From positions 682,001 through 746,000 of the forward strand of contig CAWKCK010000017.1 of assembly GCA_963848135.1 (NCBI GenBank): a stretch of 64,000 nucleotides of DNA. Direction: 5' to 3'. The DNA is from an uncultured delta proteobacterium. Its GTDB lineage: Bacteria > Desulfobacterota > Desulfobacteria > Desulfobacterales > SG8-13. Below, one piece after another: positions 1-9,818 of this stretch; positions within the stretch are counted from its first letter, which is position 1; each line of letters starts with the position of its first letter. The notes under the pieces were generated by a model. That model saw nothing but the letters and a program-made list of their open reading frames with translations. It was not told the DNA's origin and searched no databases. Made by a program: the position numbers and the translations under genes.

Positions 1-1
1 C

Positions 2-520
2 GTCGCCGCTGGCGGCATATACACCGGCGAGGACATTTACAACTTCCTTAAATTAGGGGCAGCCGGTGTCCAACTGGGCACACGATTTGTTGCCACCTAT
101 GAGTGTGATGCGGATGATGCCTTCAAGCAGGCCTACATCGATGCCAAAAAAGAGGATATGGTCATCATCAAGAGCCCGGTGGGGATGCCCGGCAGAGCGA
201 TTCACAACGCATTTATCGATGGGGTGAATCAAGGCAAGAAAAAACCGTTCAAGTGCCCTTTTCATTGTATTAAAACGTGCGAGGCTCACAAAAGCCCCTA
301 TTGTATCGCCATGGCACTGGGAAATGCGCGCAAGGGAAAATTCAAAAACGGTTTTGCATTTGCCGGAAAAAACGCATACCGGGTCGAAGAGATCGTATCT
401 GTAGCCGACCTGATGAATTCCCTGATAAGAGAGTACTCCCTGACAGCTGTTTCAAGGTTGTCTCTCGGGGATGCCGATGGGGTCCTGGACGATCGTTTCC
501 AGGCCATGGCTGCAAGATAA
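2..520 (+). CDS. Nitronate monooxygenase (2-nitropropane dioxygenase) family protein, 5' partial
   Basis: Frame from base 2 reads VAAGGIYTGEDI...GAAGVQLGTRFVAT.ECDA, then SPVGMPGRAI, CPFHCIKTC and YCIAMAL..A.KG...GFAFAG, typical of this family. Confidence 0.85.
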   Translation, partial: VAAGGIYTGEDIYNFLKLGAAGVQLGTRFVATYECDADDAFKQAYIDAKKEDMVIIKSPVGMPGRAIHNAFIDGVNQGKKKPFKCPFHCIKTCEAHKSPYCIAMALGNARKGKFKNGFAFAGKNAYRVEEIVSVADLMNSLIREYSLTAVSRLSLGDADGVLDDRFQAMAAR

Positions 521-551
521 CGTAACGGGCTACTATACAGATCGCAAGCGT

Positions 552-2273
552 TCACGGCTTTTTCTCCCCTCGATAAGCGGCTGCTTTTTCATGATCGTTC
601 ATGGTTTGGTAGCAATTCGCGATGTATTCCTTGGCCTGGTGTGAGTGCTTGAATGGCAACATCTGAGCCAAAGCCTCGTCAAATCGCGCCAGGTTCATGA
701 AACTGACCCCCAGGCAAATATTGAGGTGCTCGTTTTGCGGGTAATGACGCACCCCCTCTTCGAGAATCGCATGGGAGCCCTCGAAACGCCTCCCCTTCTG
801 AAGGATTATCCCGAGCCCGAGAAAAGCCCGCTGGTCCGGGTGATAGCCCAGCGCTCGCCGGTAAAGAGCTTCGGCGATTGAGGCCTTGTTCGGGATGGCC
901 TCGATACCGGCATAATCGCCATGATCGAAAGTCATGGCAAGGCGCGAAAGAAAATCAGCGTTCAGCTGATAGAAATCTTCCCTGTCTTCCAGTTCCAGTG
1001 CTGCCACGGCATCGGGTAACCCCTCGTAAAAACTCTGCCGCAAGTCTCTACCGAAAGATAGAACCTGTTCCTGATCCAGGTTTGGATCGGTTTCAAAGTA
1101 GAGGATGTCCTCGATGCGTTCGAGCCATATGTCGTCCGTGACGCCGGCGGCCTGTTTATAAACTTCATACAAGGCCGTTCCGGGAAAAAGGTCGAGTATG
1201 TAAAAAACAACACTGAGAGGTTTGATACGCCTGATCAGATCGATGGTTGCCTGTATCGTCTGCTGTGTCTCACCTGGACAGCCGTATATGAAATAGGCCC
1301 GGGAAAGCATGCCGTAACGCGTCGTCAGTCGGAAAGCGCGCTCAATCTGGCTGTCGGTGAATTTTTTATTCAACAGGCGTCGTATATTCGCTGATCCGCT
1401 TTCAACGCCATAGCTGATTTGAATACAGCCGGCTTTGCGCATCCAGGTGAGAATCTCCCGGTCGACCATATCGACACGGGATATGGCCTGCCACGTGATC
1501 TGGAGATTTCGCTTGAGAATCAAGCGGCAAACCTCCCGAACGCCTTTGCGGTTGACGGTGAAGGTGTCATCGGAAAAGAAAAAATGGCGCACGCCTTTAC
1601 GGCTCAAGTATTCGAGTTGATCAACGAAATAATCGGGCGAGTGGGAACGAATTTTCCGGTGCCAGAAATTCGGCGACCCGCAAAATGTACAGCCGCCAGG
1701 ACAGCCGCGGGTCAGTGATATGTGTCGATAGGTAAAGTGCTGCGCCGGATTGGTCAGGGCGTCGAGTTCCTTTATCTGCTCATCGCATTCATTGAAAATC
1801 ACACTTCCGTTCTGACGCTGGGCAATACCGCCGATAGAGGCCACATCGGCGGAACGGCCTTCGCCCAGGCTCTGAACCAGTTTTAGAAAGCTGTGTTCAC
1901 CTTCACCGATGACCACATAATCAATTTGGGAAAAATGTGTCAGCAAATGATTCCACAGATAGGAAGCGCCGATACCACCAAAAACAATACGAACACGTGG
2001 ATCGACCTCTTTGGCGATCGAGGCGATATCGATCCCGCCCCAACGGTTGGCATGCAGGATCGAAAACCCGATGATATCCGGCTGCTTCTCCTCCAGCGTC
2101 TCACGGATCATGTGCGGTGTCCGATGGATGTCAAACCAGTTTAGCACTTCGACATCGTGGCCATGCTGCTTACAGAAAGCCGCCACATAAAAAATTCCCT
2201 GAGGCGGTACGCTGATCTCGTCGACATGGACACGGTCTTCGAGGAAATATGGATAAATGAGGAGAATTTTCAT
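552..2273 (-). CDS. Cobalamin-binding (class B-like) radical SAM protein with C-terminal TPR repeats
   Basis: N-terminal B12-binding domain (MKILLIYP...VFGGIGAS...VIGEGE), TRGCPGGCTFC CxxxCxxC motif, YGVESGS, and TPR-like C-terminus. Start placed at ATG 2273. Confidence 0.85.
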   Translation of the reverse strand: MKILLIYPYFLEDRVHVDEISVPPQGIFYVAAFCKQHGHDVEVLNWFDIHRTPHMIRETLEEKQPDIIGFSILHANRWGGIDIASIAKEVDPRVRIVFGGIGASYLWNHLLTHFSQIDYVVIGEGEHSFLKLVQSLGEGRSADVASIGGIAQRQNGSVIFNECDEQIKELDALTNPAQHFTYRHISLTRGCPGGCTFCGSPNFWHRKIRSHSPDYFVDQLEYLSRKGVRHFFFSDDTFTVNRKGVREVCRLILKRNLQITWQAISRVDMVDREILTWMRKAGCIQISYGVESGSANIRRLLNKKFTDSQIERAFRLTTRYGMLSRAYFIYGCPGETQQTIQATIDLIRRIKPLSVVFYILDLFPGTALYEVYKQAAGVTDDIWLERIEDILYFETDPNLDQEQVLSFGRDLRQSFYEGLPDAVAALELEDREDFYQLNADFLSRLAMTFDHGDYAGIEAIPNKASIAEALYRRALGYHPDQRAFLGLGIILQKGRRFEGSHAILEEGVRHYPQNEHLNICLGVSFMNLARFDEALAQMLPFKHSHQAKEYIANCYQTMNDHEKAAAYRGEKKP

Positions 2274-2378
2274 TTTCTTGCCACCAGATTGATCTCGAAA
2301 AATTGACATTTGATATTGTTCGCGTATCATAGGGCCGTTGATGAACCGAACGCATCGAGCCTTCGGAAAGTTTTCATT

Positions 2379-2506
2379 AACCGGTAGCGGAAGGAATCAT
2401 CAGCGACTTCAGCGCGCAAACGCATGCATAAGGCAGCCTAATGCATTCAGATCCCGCTATGGCGGGACCCGCTTTCACTGCTGCTCATTCCCCTCCGCTC
2501 TGGTTT
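2379..2506. repeat. Imperfect inverted-repeat (MITE/REP-like) intergenic element; related partial copy at 46609-46661
   Basis: AACCGGTAGCGGAAGGAATCATCAGC pairs imperfectly with GCTGCTCATTCCCCTCCGCTCTGGTT. The reverse complement of the right arm aligns with 46609-46661. Confidence 0.55.
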
Positions 2507-2598
2507 AGCATTTTCAGGAAAAACGCCCCTGAACCAATTTATGTCGCGTCGGATTCAATTCAACTGTCAATAATTTCAACACCCTTTTCGATTCCAAC

Positions 2599-4215
2599 AT
2601 GAAGAAACCAACGCGTTATATCAAGGCCGTCCTCTTCGACTTCGACGGCACGCTCACCCGGCCTGACTCGCTGGACCTGTCGATCATCAAACGCAAGATC
2701 GGATGCCCTGAGGGCAGTCTAATCCTGGAATACATCGATTCACTGCCAGCACCGGATCAAAGGGAAAAGGCCCTGAAGGCAGTGGATGCATTCGAATTGT
2801 CGGCTGCGGCAGAGGCAAAACCGAACGCGGGCGCGGAGGATCTTGTCCGGTTCCTTCGCAACCGAGGCATCCGGGTCGGAATAATTACGCGCAACAGCCA
2901 ACAGTCCGTTTTAAGGGCCCTTAAAAACTATCATAGAATAACCGTCAATGATTTCGATTTGATTATCACGCGTGACGATCCGGTCAACCCAAAACCGAGT
3001 GGAGACGGCATCCGGCTGGCCGCTCGGCGACTCAATGTGGCAACGGATGAAGTCTTGATGGTCGGCGACTACCCGATGGACATCGAGGCGGGTAAACGGG
3101 CCGGAGCCACAACGGCCCTGCTGGCCAACCCCCACCGGATCGACACCTCTGACATTGAGAGCGATTTCAGCATCGACAGCCTTAGCAATGTTAAGAATAT
3201 CGTGCGCATGGGATCGGCCTTGCCCAGTGGTAAACTCCCGAATGATCTGCTGGCACAATTCCTGGATCAATACGGTTTTGAAGACCCAAAAGTATTGATA
3301 AAGCCGGCGATCGGCGAAGACACGGCGGCGGTCGACGTTCGAGAGGAAGAGGTCCTGGTGCTCAAATCGGATCCGATCACTTTTGCTTCCGACGCCATAG
3401 CAGAATATGCCGTGATCGTTAACGCCAATGACGTGGCCACCGCCGGTGCGACCCCGCGCTGGTTCCTTACGAGCCTGATGTTTCCGGTGGGCACCAGCGC
3501 CTTTATCATTCGCAAAGTGATGAAAGACCTGAGCGACGTTTGCAGGTCTCAGAACATTACACTCTGCGGCGGGCATACGGAGATCACAGATGCGGTGACA
3601 CGACCAGTGATCACCGGCATGATGGTCGGAACCGTCAATCGGCAATCATTGATCGACAAGCGAAACATGAAGCCCGGCGACCGGGTTTTGATGACAAAAG
3701 CCGTCGCCGTGGAAGGTACCGCCATCATTGCCAGGGAATTCGGAGACCGACTCGTGAGAATCGGCGTGCCACTGGCCGAAATCGAAAACTGTCGCGGATT
3801 TCTGGACAATATCAGTATCTTGCCGGAAGCAGCCCTGGCTTTGAAAGTCAGCGGTATCAGTGCCATGCACGATGTGACCGAAGGCGGTTTGGCAACCGCT
3901 CTGGCGGAACTCAGCCTCGCCGGAAATCATCGGATCCGGGTCGATATGGAAAAAATCCCCATCTTCCCCGAAACGGCCAGGATCTGTGGTTTGCTAAAGC
4001 TCGACCCACTGGGGTTGATCGGCTCCGGCAGCCTGCTTATTTGCTGCCGAAATTATGCCGCCAAACAGCTGGTGCAAAACATCCGCAAGGCCGGAATCGC
4101 CGTATCGATTCTCGGCGAGGTGCGCGAGGCCGGCAGTGGTATCGAAGCGCTGCGCCAGCACCAACCGGTTCCCTGGCCGCAATTTGAAGTGGATGAAATC
4201 ACGCGCCTATTCTAA
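2599..4215 (+). CDS. Fusion of HAD-family phosphatase and AIR-synthase/HypE/ThiL-like (PurM-fold) domain
   Basis: HAD motifs FDFDGTL, KP, VGDY..D in the first ~200 aa; then GEDTAA, KSDPIT, NANDVATAGATP, GGHTE and MHDVTEGG. Confidence 0.85.
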   Translation: MKKPTRYIKAVLFDFDGTLTRPDSLDLSIIKRKIGCPEGSLILEYIDSLPAPDQREKALKAVDAFELSAAAEAKPNAGAEDLVRFLRNRGIRVGIITRNSQQSVLRALKNYHRITVNDFDLIITRDDPVNPKPSGDGIRLAARRLNVATDEVLMVGDYPMDIEAGKRAGATTALLANPHRIDTSDIESDFSIDSLSNVKNIVRMGSALPSGKLPNDLLAQFLDQYGFEDPKVLIKPAIGEDTAAVDVREEEVLVLKSDPITFASDAIAEYAVIVNANDVATAGATPRWFLTSLMFPVGTSAFIIRKVMKDLSDVCRSQNITLCGGHTEITDAVTRPVITGMMVGTVNRQSLIDKRNMKPGDRVLMTKAVAVEGTAIIAREFGDRLVRIGVPLAEIENCRGFLDNISILPEAALALKVSGISAMHDVTEGGLATALAELSLAGNHRIRVDMEKIPIFPETARICGLLKLDPLGLIGSGSLLICCRNYAAKQLVQNIRKAGIAVSILGEVREAGSGIEALRQHQPVPWPQFEVDEITRLF

Positions 4216-4355
4216 ATTCAATCTCCTCCGGCTTTGCTGGAGGAATTATATAATCATCATGGACTCAGAGATTTTTAACGTCTGGAATTGTCGAACTTTG
4301 GGAATCTCTCCAGTAAATATGGGAGTTTAGCGATGGTTATTATCCGAGGATTCAG

Positions 4356-4994
4356 TTAGTTGCGCATTATTCCGTCTTTGAATATTCCAAAGGCAAGATC
4401 CAGAGTTTCTCTGAGAAAATCCTTCTCCGTATTGATAATGCGTTTGCTGGTCGTCCACAAAACCACACCTGAGAACAACGACCAGAAAATATCGGAAAGG
4501 GCCATTGGATGGAGATCGACAAAAACGCCGGATTTGATTCCTTGATTGAATATGCGTGACATGCCGCCGATGGACTTGCGGGAGAGATCTTTGATTTCCT
4601 CCAGGAGTTCTGGGGATAAGTTTTTGAGCGTTTCGCTCGACTGGAGGTGAAACATGTTGATAATCACGAGAGGATCGAACTCGTAAACATCGTACATCGC
4701 GTCGATCATGGCATCCAGTTTTTTCTCCGGATCGAGTTCTTTGGAACTCTCAACGTGCTCAACCCGGATGTGCAAATAATGCAGTATCCTGAGAGAAAGG
4801 GATGCATACAGTTCTTCTTTGTTTTTAAAATAGAGATATAGCGTCCCGGGACTGAGCTCGGCTTCACCGGCAATATCGTCCATGGTTGCCTTGTTAAAGC
4901 CTTTTTCCGAAAACACTTTCTTGGCGGCAACGATAATCTGTTGCCGGCGTCTTTCCCGTTCGCGCTCCTTACGTTCAAGGATTCCCATAGTCAC
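4356..4994 (-). CDS. TetR/AcrR family transcriptional regulator
   Basis: [40 protein letters not shown] helix-turn-helix. Confidence 0.92.
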   Translation of the reverse strand: MTMGILERKERERERRRQQIIVAAKKVFSEKGFNKATMDDIAGEAELSPGTLYLYFKNKEELYASLSLRILHYLHIRVEHVESSKELDPEKKLDAMIDAMYDVYEFDPLVIINMFHLQSSETLKNLSPELLEEIKDLSRKSIGGMSRIFNQGIKSGVFVDLHPMALSDIFWSLFSGVVLWTTSKRIINTEKDFLRETLDLAFGIFKDGIMRN

Positions 4995-5385
4995 CCCGCT
5001 GCATGAATCGAATTTATTCGCAAAATGACCTATAGTTTATTTGCTTAATTTGGTCAACAACTAGTGTCATAAGGCGGATCGGCAACCACGCCTTTGACAC
5101 GCGCCTTTTGAGTTACAATTACGCCATCTGAGTATAAAATTATTGGCCATTTGAATGTGGAAAGCTCTTTGAAGTGTTATGATGTCGTAACATGTTCATA
5201 TTGCGTCATATTCTATCTGATTTTTAATCCTGCCTGAAATACAGATACAAATCGACCTTATCACATGTTTCAGAACAAAATGAGCGACCACCAGATGCAG
5301 GGTGGCTTCCATTCATCATCTCTATTAAAGCAACCAGCGATGGAACATTGTATTACGTGTGAAAATGAGCTGTAATAGCGCGACC

Positions 5386-5751
5386 CTAAAACTCAGTCTC
5401 ATCCAGATTCTTATATTCTGATCCAATATCGTCTTGTAATTCATTAATCGCATCGATAATCCTCAAAAATTTTTCTCCAAAACTTGTGAATCTATATTCA
5501 ACCCTTGGCGGCTTTTCCGGGAATACAATTCGCTCCAGTATCCTGTATCGTTGAAGCTTGCTTAACCTTTCGTTCAGCACCTTCGCAGTTAAACCCTCAG
5601 TAGCGTGCACCATAGATCCGGGTCGGTTAATTCCATGGTGAATAAGATCCATTACAGTAAGAGACCATTTGCATTTTATGACGTCTTCCACAATTGCTTT
5701 GGCGTCAGGAACATTCGATTTTTTTAAATTTTTTTTCTCTTTCATTTTCAA
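5386..5751 (-). CDS. HxlR-family winged-helix regulator
   Basis: KCKWSL...LTAKVLNERL..L...R.VFPEKPPRVEY.FT.FG. Confidence 0.85.
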   Translation of the reverse strand: MKMKEKKNLKKSNVPDAKAIVEDVIKCKWSLTVMDLIHHGINRPGSMVHATEGLTAKVLNERLSKLQRYRILERIVFPEKPPRVEYRFTSFGEKFLRIIDAINELQDDIGSEYKNLDETEF

Positions 5752-5871
5752 TAATTAACACCAATTTGTAAGTATCTTTCCTTTCAGTGCTTGGTTGAAT
5801 TAAATGGTTTGCGTCGTAGATTCTATCCTGTTCAGACAGCATTAAAAACACTGAAAAAAAAGGATTTTATT

Positions 5872-6651
5872 ATGACACTCGTCAATATACGTACAAAATA
5901 TCGTTATTCAAACATAATAGGGCTGTTATTCTTCACAATGACTTTGCTCCTTGCAGGAACTGTATCTGCTGATAGCGGAGTTCAACCAACCCCAGTAGCG
6001 CTATCGAATGATTTGGAAATTGAGTCAGCATCTGTGCACTTTATCAGCGAATTAGATTCATTGGCTTTTGAATTACTTGTAGTCGGTAAGGCAGGTGGCA
6101 TAGTTCCGAAGGCCAAAGGACAACTAGACGGGGCCCCGGTATTAGCGTATGTGTTCGTGACTGATCTCAAACCAGAAATAGTTGGTTTTGGGCCGGTCGA
6201 AGGCGGCATTCTCGCATTGGCCATTACTGTTCATCCCGATTTTGATGATACTCCATTATGGGATGAAAATGTTGATGGCAATTATGAGAATGACGGCTAT
6301 CTATATCACACGCATTGGGTAGTGTTAGTATCAGATAAGCGGGTTGAAGGTGGCCTCTCGGTGGCTCAATTCCTAAAAGATGACACTGCAGTGATACTGC
6401 CCCCTACAAATCCCGGCATGTCCATTTACTTGGATAGTCCGGGTCACCCCGTTAATTTGAAAGGCAACAAATTACAGGTAATCGTCCCGGGTTACCGGCT
6501 TAAGAGAATAACCAAATTTGCCTTTGATGCTGTATCTGCCTATCTGCAGGTAAACACGAGCGACAATACAAAGCCCATGCTCGGCGTATATAAGGTTTAC
6601 GACGTGCTTTCCGGTGATCTCAGTCTCCCTTTTAAGGTGGACACCCGCTAA
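5872..6651 (+). CDS. Exported hypothetical protein with acidic DxNxDG loop and HTHW motif
   Basis: Signal peptide ending VSA-D; HPDFDDTPLWDENVDGNYENDG..YHTHWV; RBS AAGGA before ATG 5872. Confidence 0.7.
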   Translation: MTLVNIRTKYRYSNIIGLLFFTMTLLLAGTVSADSGVQPTPVALSNDLEIESASVHFISELDSLAFELLVVGKAGGIVPKAKGQLDGAPVLAYVFVTDLKPEIVGFGPVEGGILALAITVHPDFDDTPLWDENVDGNYENDGYLYHTHWVVLVSDKRVEGGLSVAQFLKDDTAVILPPTNPGMSIYLDSPGHPVNLKGNKLQVIVPGYRLKRITKFAFDAVSAYLQVNTSDNTKPMLGVYKVYDVLSGDLSLPFKVDTR

Positions 6652-6883
6652 AAGGCATGCGCATCTGAATACCAACGAAATGGCTTTTCAGATGCTTGTT
6701 AGATGATGAGGCGCAACGAGTGTTGGTATTCCATTGCTTTTGAGGAAATTCCGAAAGTTTTTGAAATGCCCCTTACCCGCTGCAATATCAAAAAAATAAA
6801 TGGCCGCTCTGTACTTCCAGCCATTAGGGAAACGTATCAAATCAGGATGATACCCTATAGTTTTTTTGTAAGTTTTACTAACA

Positions 6884-7030
6884 TCAGCAACAGTCGCCTA
6901 CTGGCAGATAACAAGGATCTTCATACTGGCCCTCCTTATTGACAATGTAACAACAGCACAGATTGGCGCGGTCCTCAGAGTCTGCCTGAGGCATTTTGCA
7001 TTCAACAATTTCTTCTTTATCTTCTTTCAT
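6884..7030 (-). CDS. Small 48-aa cysteine-rich peptide (not in ORF track)
   Basis: GAGGA RBS, then MKEDKEEIVECKMPQADSEDRANLCCCYIVNKEGQYEDPCYLPVGDCC*, with 7 Cys. Confidence 0.6.
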   Translation of the reverse strand: MKEDKEEIVECKMPQADSEDRANLCCCYIVNKEGQYEDPCYLPVGDCC

Positions 7031-7430
7031 GATGCAGTCCTCTTATTTTAGAGGTAATATTTTCTATTATAATAGGCATTTTCACCCACATTGCCAAACT
7101 TTAGCGATTAAAATCAGGTCTTATTAGTAAACTAGATGTGCATAGGCGGTCAGGAAAAGCTGAATATGCCTTCTCTGATCAGATGATCTTCTATTCATCT
7201 GACCTCCTTAAAGCTGGGTGCAGGTTTCAACTACTTTAAACTTTGTTGGAGTGATCAAAATAATAGTGGTCTGTGAAATACAATTGCAATTTTTCATTAA
7301 AAGATTTTTTATAAAAGAAATAAATGATTCATATGTCTCCTACAAGCAGGTGGCAATGACTTAAGAACCTCTACCATAGCTCTTCTCATAAAGACATTTT
7401 ACTCAGCACATTTCACATTTGCGCCAAAGC

Positions 7431-7652
7431 TTATGCGGGGTTTTGTTGTTTTAAATACAACCCCAGGCTATGATCCCGCTTCCTAATTAGAATACCGCCG
7501 ATTTTTTTCAAAGAAAGAATTGCGTTTGACAGCAACCGGGCAATTAGCTCAAAGACCGCCTGGTCATGCATTTGCCTTCCCCGTTTCACTAGTTGCTCAA
7601 ATTCCTCATAACCACCTACCGATTCTATAACACTATTATTTTTCCAATCCAT
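7431..7652 (-). CDS. Small hypothetical protein divergent from LysR
   Basis: Strong RBS AAGGAGGTG before ATG 7652; 73 aa MDWKNNSVIESVGGYEEFEQLVKRGRQMHDQAV. Confidence 0.65.
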   Translation of the reverse strand: MDWKNNSVIESVGGYEEFEQLVKRGRQMHDQAVFELIARLLSNAILSLKKIGGILIRKRDHSLGLYLKQQNPA

Positions 7653-7763
7653 GCTGCACCTCCTTGTGGGTTGTTTTGCCGGTACAGGCAATCGTTTTTC
7701 GTTTTACTTGAAACCATTTTGGCTATAGATTATTGTTCAGTAAATACCTAATTGTCATCATGT

Positions 7764-7783
7764 GTTGTGCAAATATGCACAAC
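7764..7783. promoter_or_regulatory. Palindromic operator, probable LysR site
   Basis: GTTGTGCA-AATA-TGCACAAC, perfect 8-bp arms, between divergent genes. Confidence 0.55.
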
Positions 7784-7851
7784 TTGTCTGCGGATCGACA
7801 CCGCACATGTTCTAACTATACGGAATTTTTGCATTAAATAATTTTAGAGAA

Positions 7852-8760
7852 TTGAATATGGATTTAAACTGGGACGACATGCGTTTTTTTCTTGCCCTCT
7901 GTCGAACACATTCATTTGTGTCTGCAGCCCATGAGCTCAAGCTGACGCATAGCACGGTGGCCCGTCGGATATCTGCTTTGGAAGCTTCACTGAAAACACA
8001 ACTTTTTCAGCGTACGGAGAAAGGCTGTCGGATCACCTCCGCAGGAGAGGCGCTGCTTCCATATGCCGAAAGGTTGGAAAGCACTGTCATTAACCTTGAG
8101 GGAAGCGTCTCGGGCATGGACAATCAATTGTCGGGATGCATCCGAATTGGAACACCGGACGGGATCGGTAATTGTTTTCTAGCCTCTCGACTGAGCAAAT
8201 TTCAAAACAATCATCCTGCTCTGGAAGTGGAATTGATTCCCATTCCAATGTATTACAGCCTTTCAAAACGAGAGATCGATATTTTGATCACGGTGACGAG
8301 ACCGAAGGTAGGAAAATTTATTACGCGAAAGCTGACCGATTACAAACTGGGCCTGTTTGCAACAAGACAATATCTGGAAAACCACCAGGAAATTACTAAA
8401 AAAGAGAATCTTCGGGGGCATCGATTTGTTGGCTATATTGATGATCTGTTGTATGACCCGCAACTAAGGTTTATGGAGGAAAATTACCCAGGGGTGACGC
8501 CAATATTTCGATCCTCAACGATTATTGCCCAAATGAACGCTGTTGTTGCTGGAGCCGGGATAGGCATCATTCCGTACTTTATGGCGCATGCAGAAAAAAA
8601 CTTGGTTCCTGTATTGCCAGGGCAAAGTATCGAAAGAAGATTATGGCTCCAATTTAGTTCGGATTCAAAGCAAATCGCTCGTATAAGGACAACTATAGAC
8701 TTTATCATAAGCCAGATCAGAGCAGAAAAAGACCTTTTCCTTACACTCCCAAATGGTTGA
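7852..8760 (+). CDS. LysR family transcriptional regulator
   Basis: LNWDDMRFFLAL....SFVSAAHEL.LTHSTVARRISALE..L...LFQRT helix-turn-helix plus substrate-binding domain. Confidence 0.93.
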   Translation: MNMDLNWDDMRFFLALCRTHSFVSAAHELKLTHSTVARRISALEASLKTQLFQRTEKGCRITSAGEALLPYAERLESTVINLEGSVSGMDNQLSGCIRIGTPDGIGNCFLASRLSKFQNNHPALEVELIPIPMYYSLSKREIDILITVTRPKVGKFITRKLTDYKLGLFATRQYLENHQEITKKENLRGHRFVGYIDDLLYDPQLRFMEENYPGVTPIFRSSTIIAQMNAVVAGAGIGIIPYFMAHAEKNLVPVLPGQSIERRLWLQFSSDSKQIARIRTTIDFIISQIRAEKDLFLTLPNG

Positions 8761-8957
8761 GGCCTTTTGGTTGGGAACAATTGTCAAGAGTCCCCAATAA
8801 TGGTCAACTTAGCAAAGCGCTTACATTTATGCCAAAGTGTTCTATAACCAATTCCAGTTAATCAGATAGGCCTACAACAGATAATGCTGCATTTTTTGAA
8901 TTAAAGAACGCCCTACAATTGTGATTCTCGAATACAGCCAATTGCAAAGATAGATTG

Positions 8958-9131
8958 CCCCCCAATGACGAACCATACCTGTCCAAGATTAGGATCGCGC
9001 AGGATTGTGGCAAAGGCACGTCATGCGGCTTCACGAGTCAGCGAATATTCAGACTCTGCATAAAATGAAATCTTCAAATCAACGAAAACCGGTATGTCGC
9101 CCACACTATCGGACCTTACTTGATCAGACAT
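8958..9131 (-). pseudogene. N-terminal remnant of a GNAT acetyltransferase
   Basis: RBS AAGGAG; MSDQVRSDSVGDIPVFVDLKISFYAESEYSLTREAA*RAFATILRDPNLGQVWFV, with an internal TGA and truncation. Confidence 0.45.
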
Positions 9132-9180
9132 TGCTGATATACATCTCCTTAGGTCTATATTTGCTTGTCACCCGTCTGCG

Positions 9181-9720
9181 CTAACCTTCCACAGCTAAGC
9201 GGTCTTTTCCTAATAATCTAAGAAACACTATGTAATGCGTTACAAGAAGCATCGGGACCCAGAAGGAAGGAATCCAATAAGACGCTCCCATAAACGGCCC
9301 GATGTTATGGAGCGTTCCCATTGTAATGGCGTATAACAAGTCCAATGTCCCGAACAAATTAAATATCCAAAGTAGTGCTATCTTGTTCGAAGATTGTTTT
9401 CTTACAGCTACTAGCGCGATAACTGCTAGAATCGCAGTAATCAGGTCTCCCATGGCGGCGGGGACGGCAAAAGCTGACGGCATTCCCTTTATTACAGCGC
9501 CTGACGAGAGAAACATCAATCCCAGGTGTCTCAAGGAATGAAAAAGTAGAATCGGTTGGAACAAAACCCGATCGCTCAATTGCTGAAGATGTGGGATAAG
9601 ATACATTCTGGCGACTATAAAAAAGACGATTGTGCTCAATACAAGGTTCATTGCTAAAATCCGATCGGTGATAATTGATTCCATCATCCACCTCCCATGG
9701 GAAGATAGGTTCATCCACAT
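9181..9720 (-). CDS. Hypothetical integral membrane protein
   Basis: About 5 hydrophobic segments; LLFHSLRHLGLMFL, FAVPAAMGDL, WIFNLFGTLDL. Real start may be one of the downstream Met codons. Confidence 0.7.
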   Translation of the reverse strand: MWMNLSSHGRWMMESIITDRILAMNLVLSTIVFFIVARMYLIPHLQQLSDRVLFQPILLFHSLRHLGLMFLSSGAVIKGMPSAFAVPAAMGDLITAILAVIALVAVRKQSSNKIALLWIFNLFGTLDLLYAITMGTLHNIGPFMGASYWIPSFWVPMLLVTHYIVFLRLLGKDRLAVEG

Positions 9721-9818
9721 GTTTTACAGTCAATTCTTGGATGGTTAATTTTATTTATGTAGTCACTACAATTAATATAGTTACTTGCAATAAAATGTCC
9801 AGATGCTATATTTAGGTT

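Noticed and set aside
552..7030. B12 radical SAM as maturase of the Cys-rich peptide (RiPP cluster)
   Set aside because: They are about 4.6 kb apart with unrelated genes between and different base composition, and there is no SPASM/RRE domain or transporter/peptidase link.
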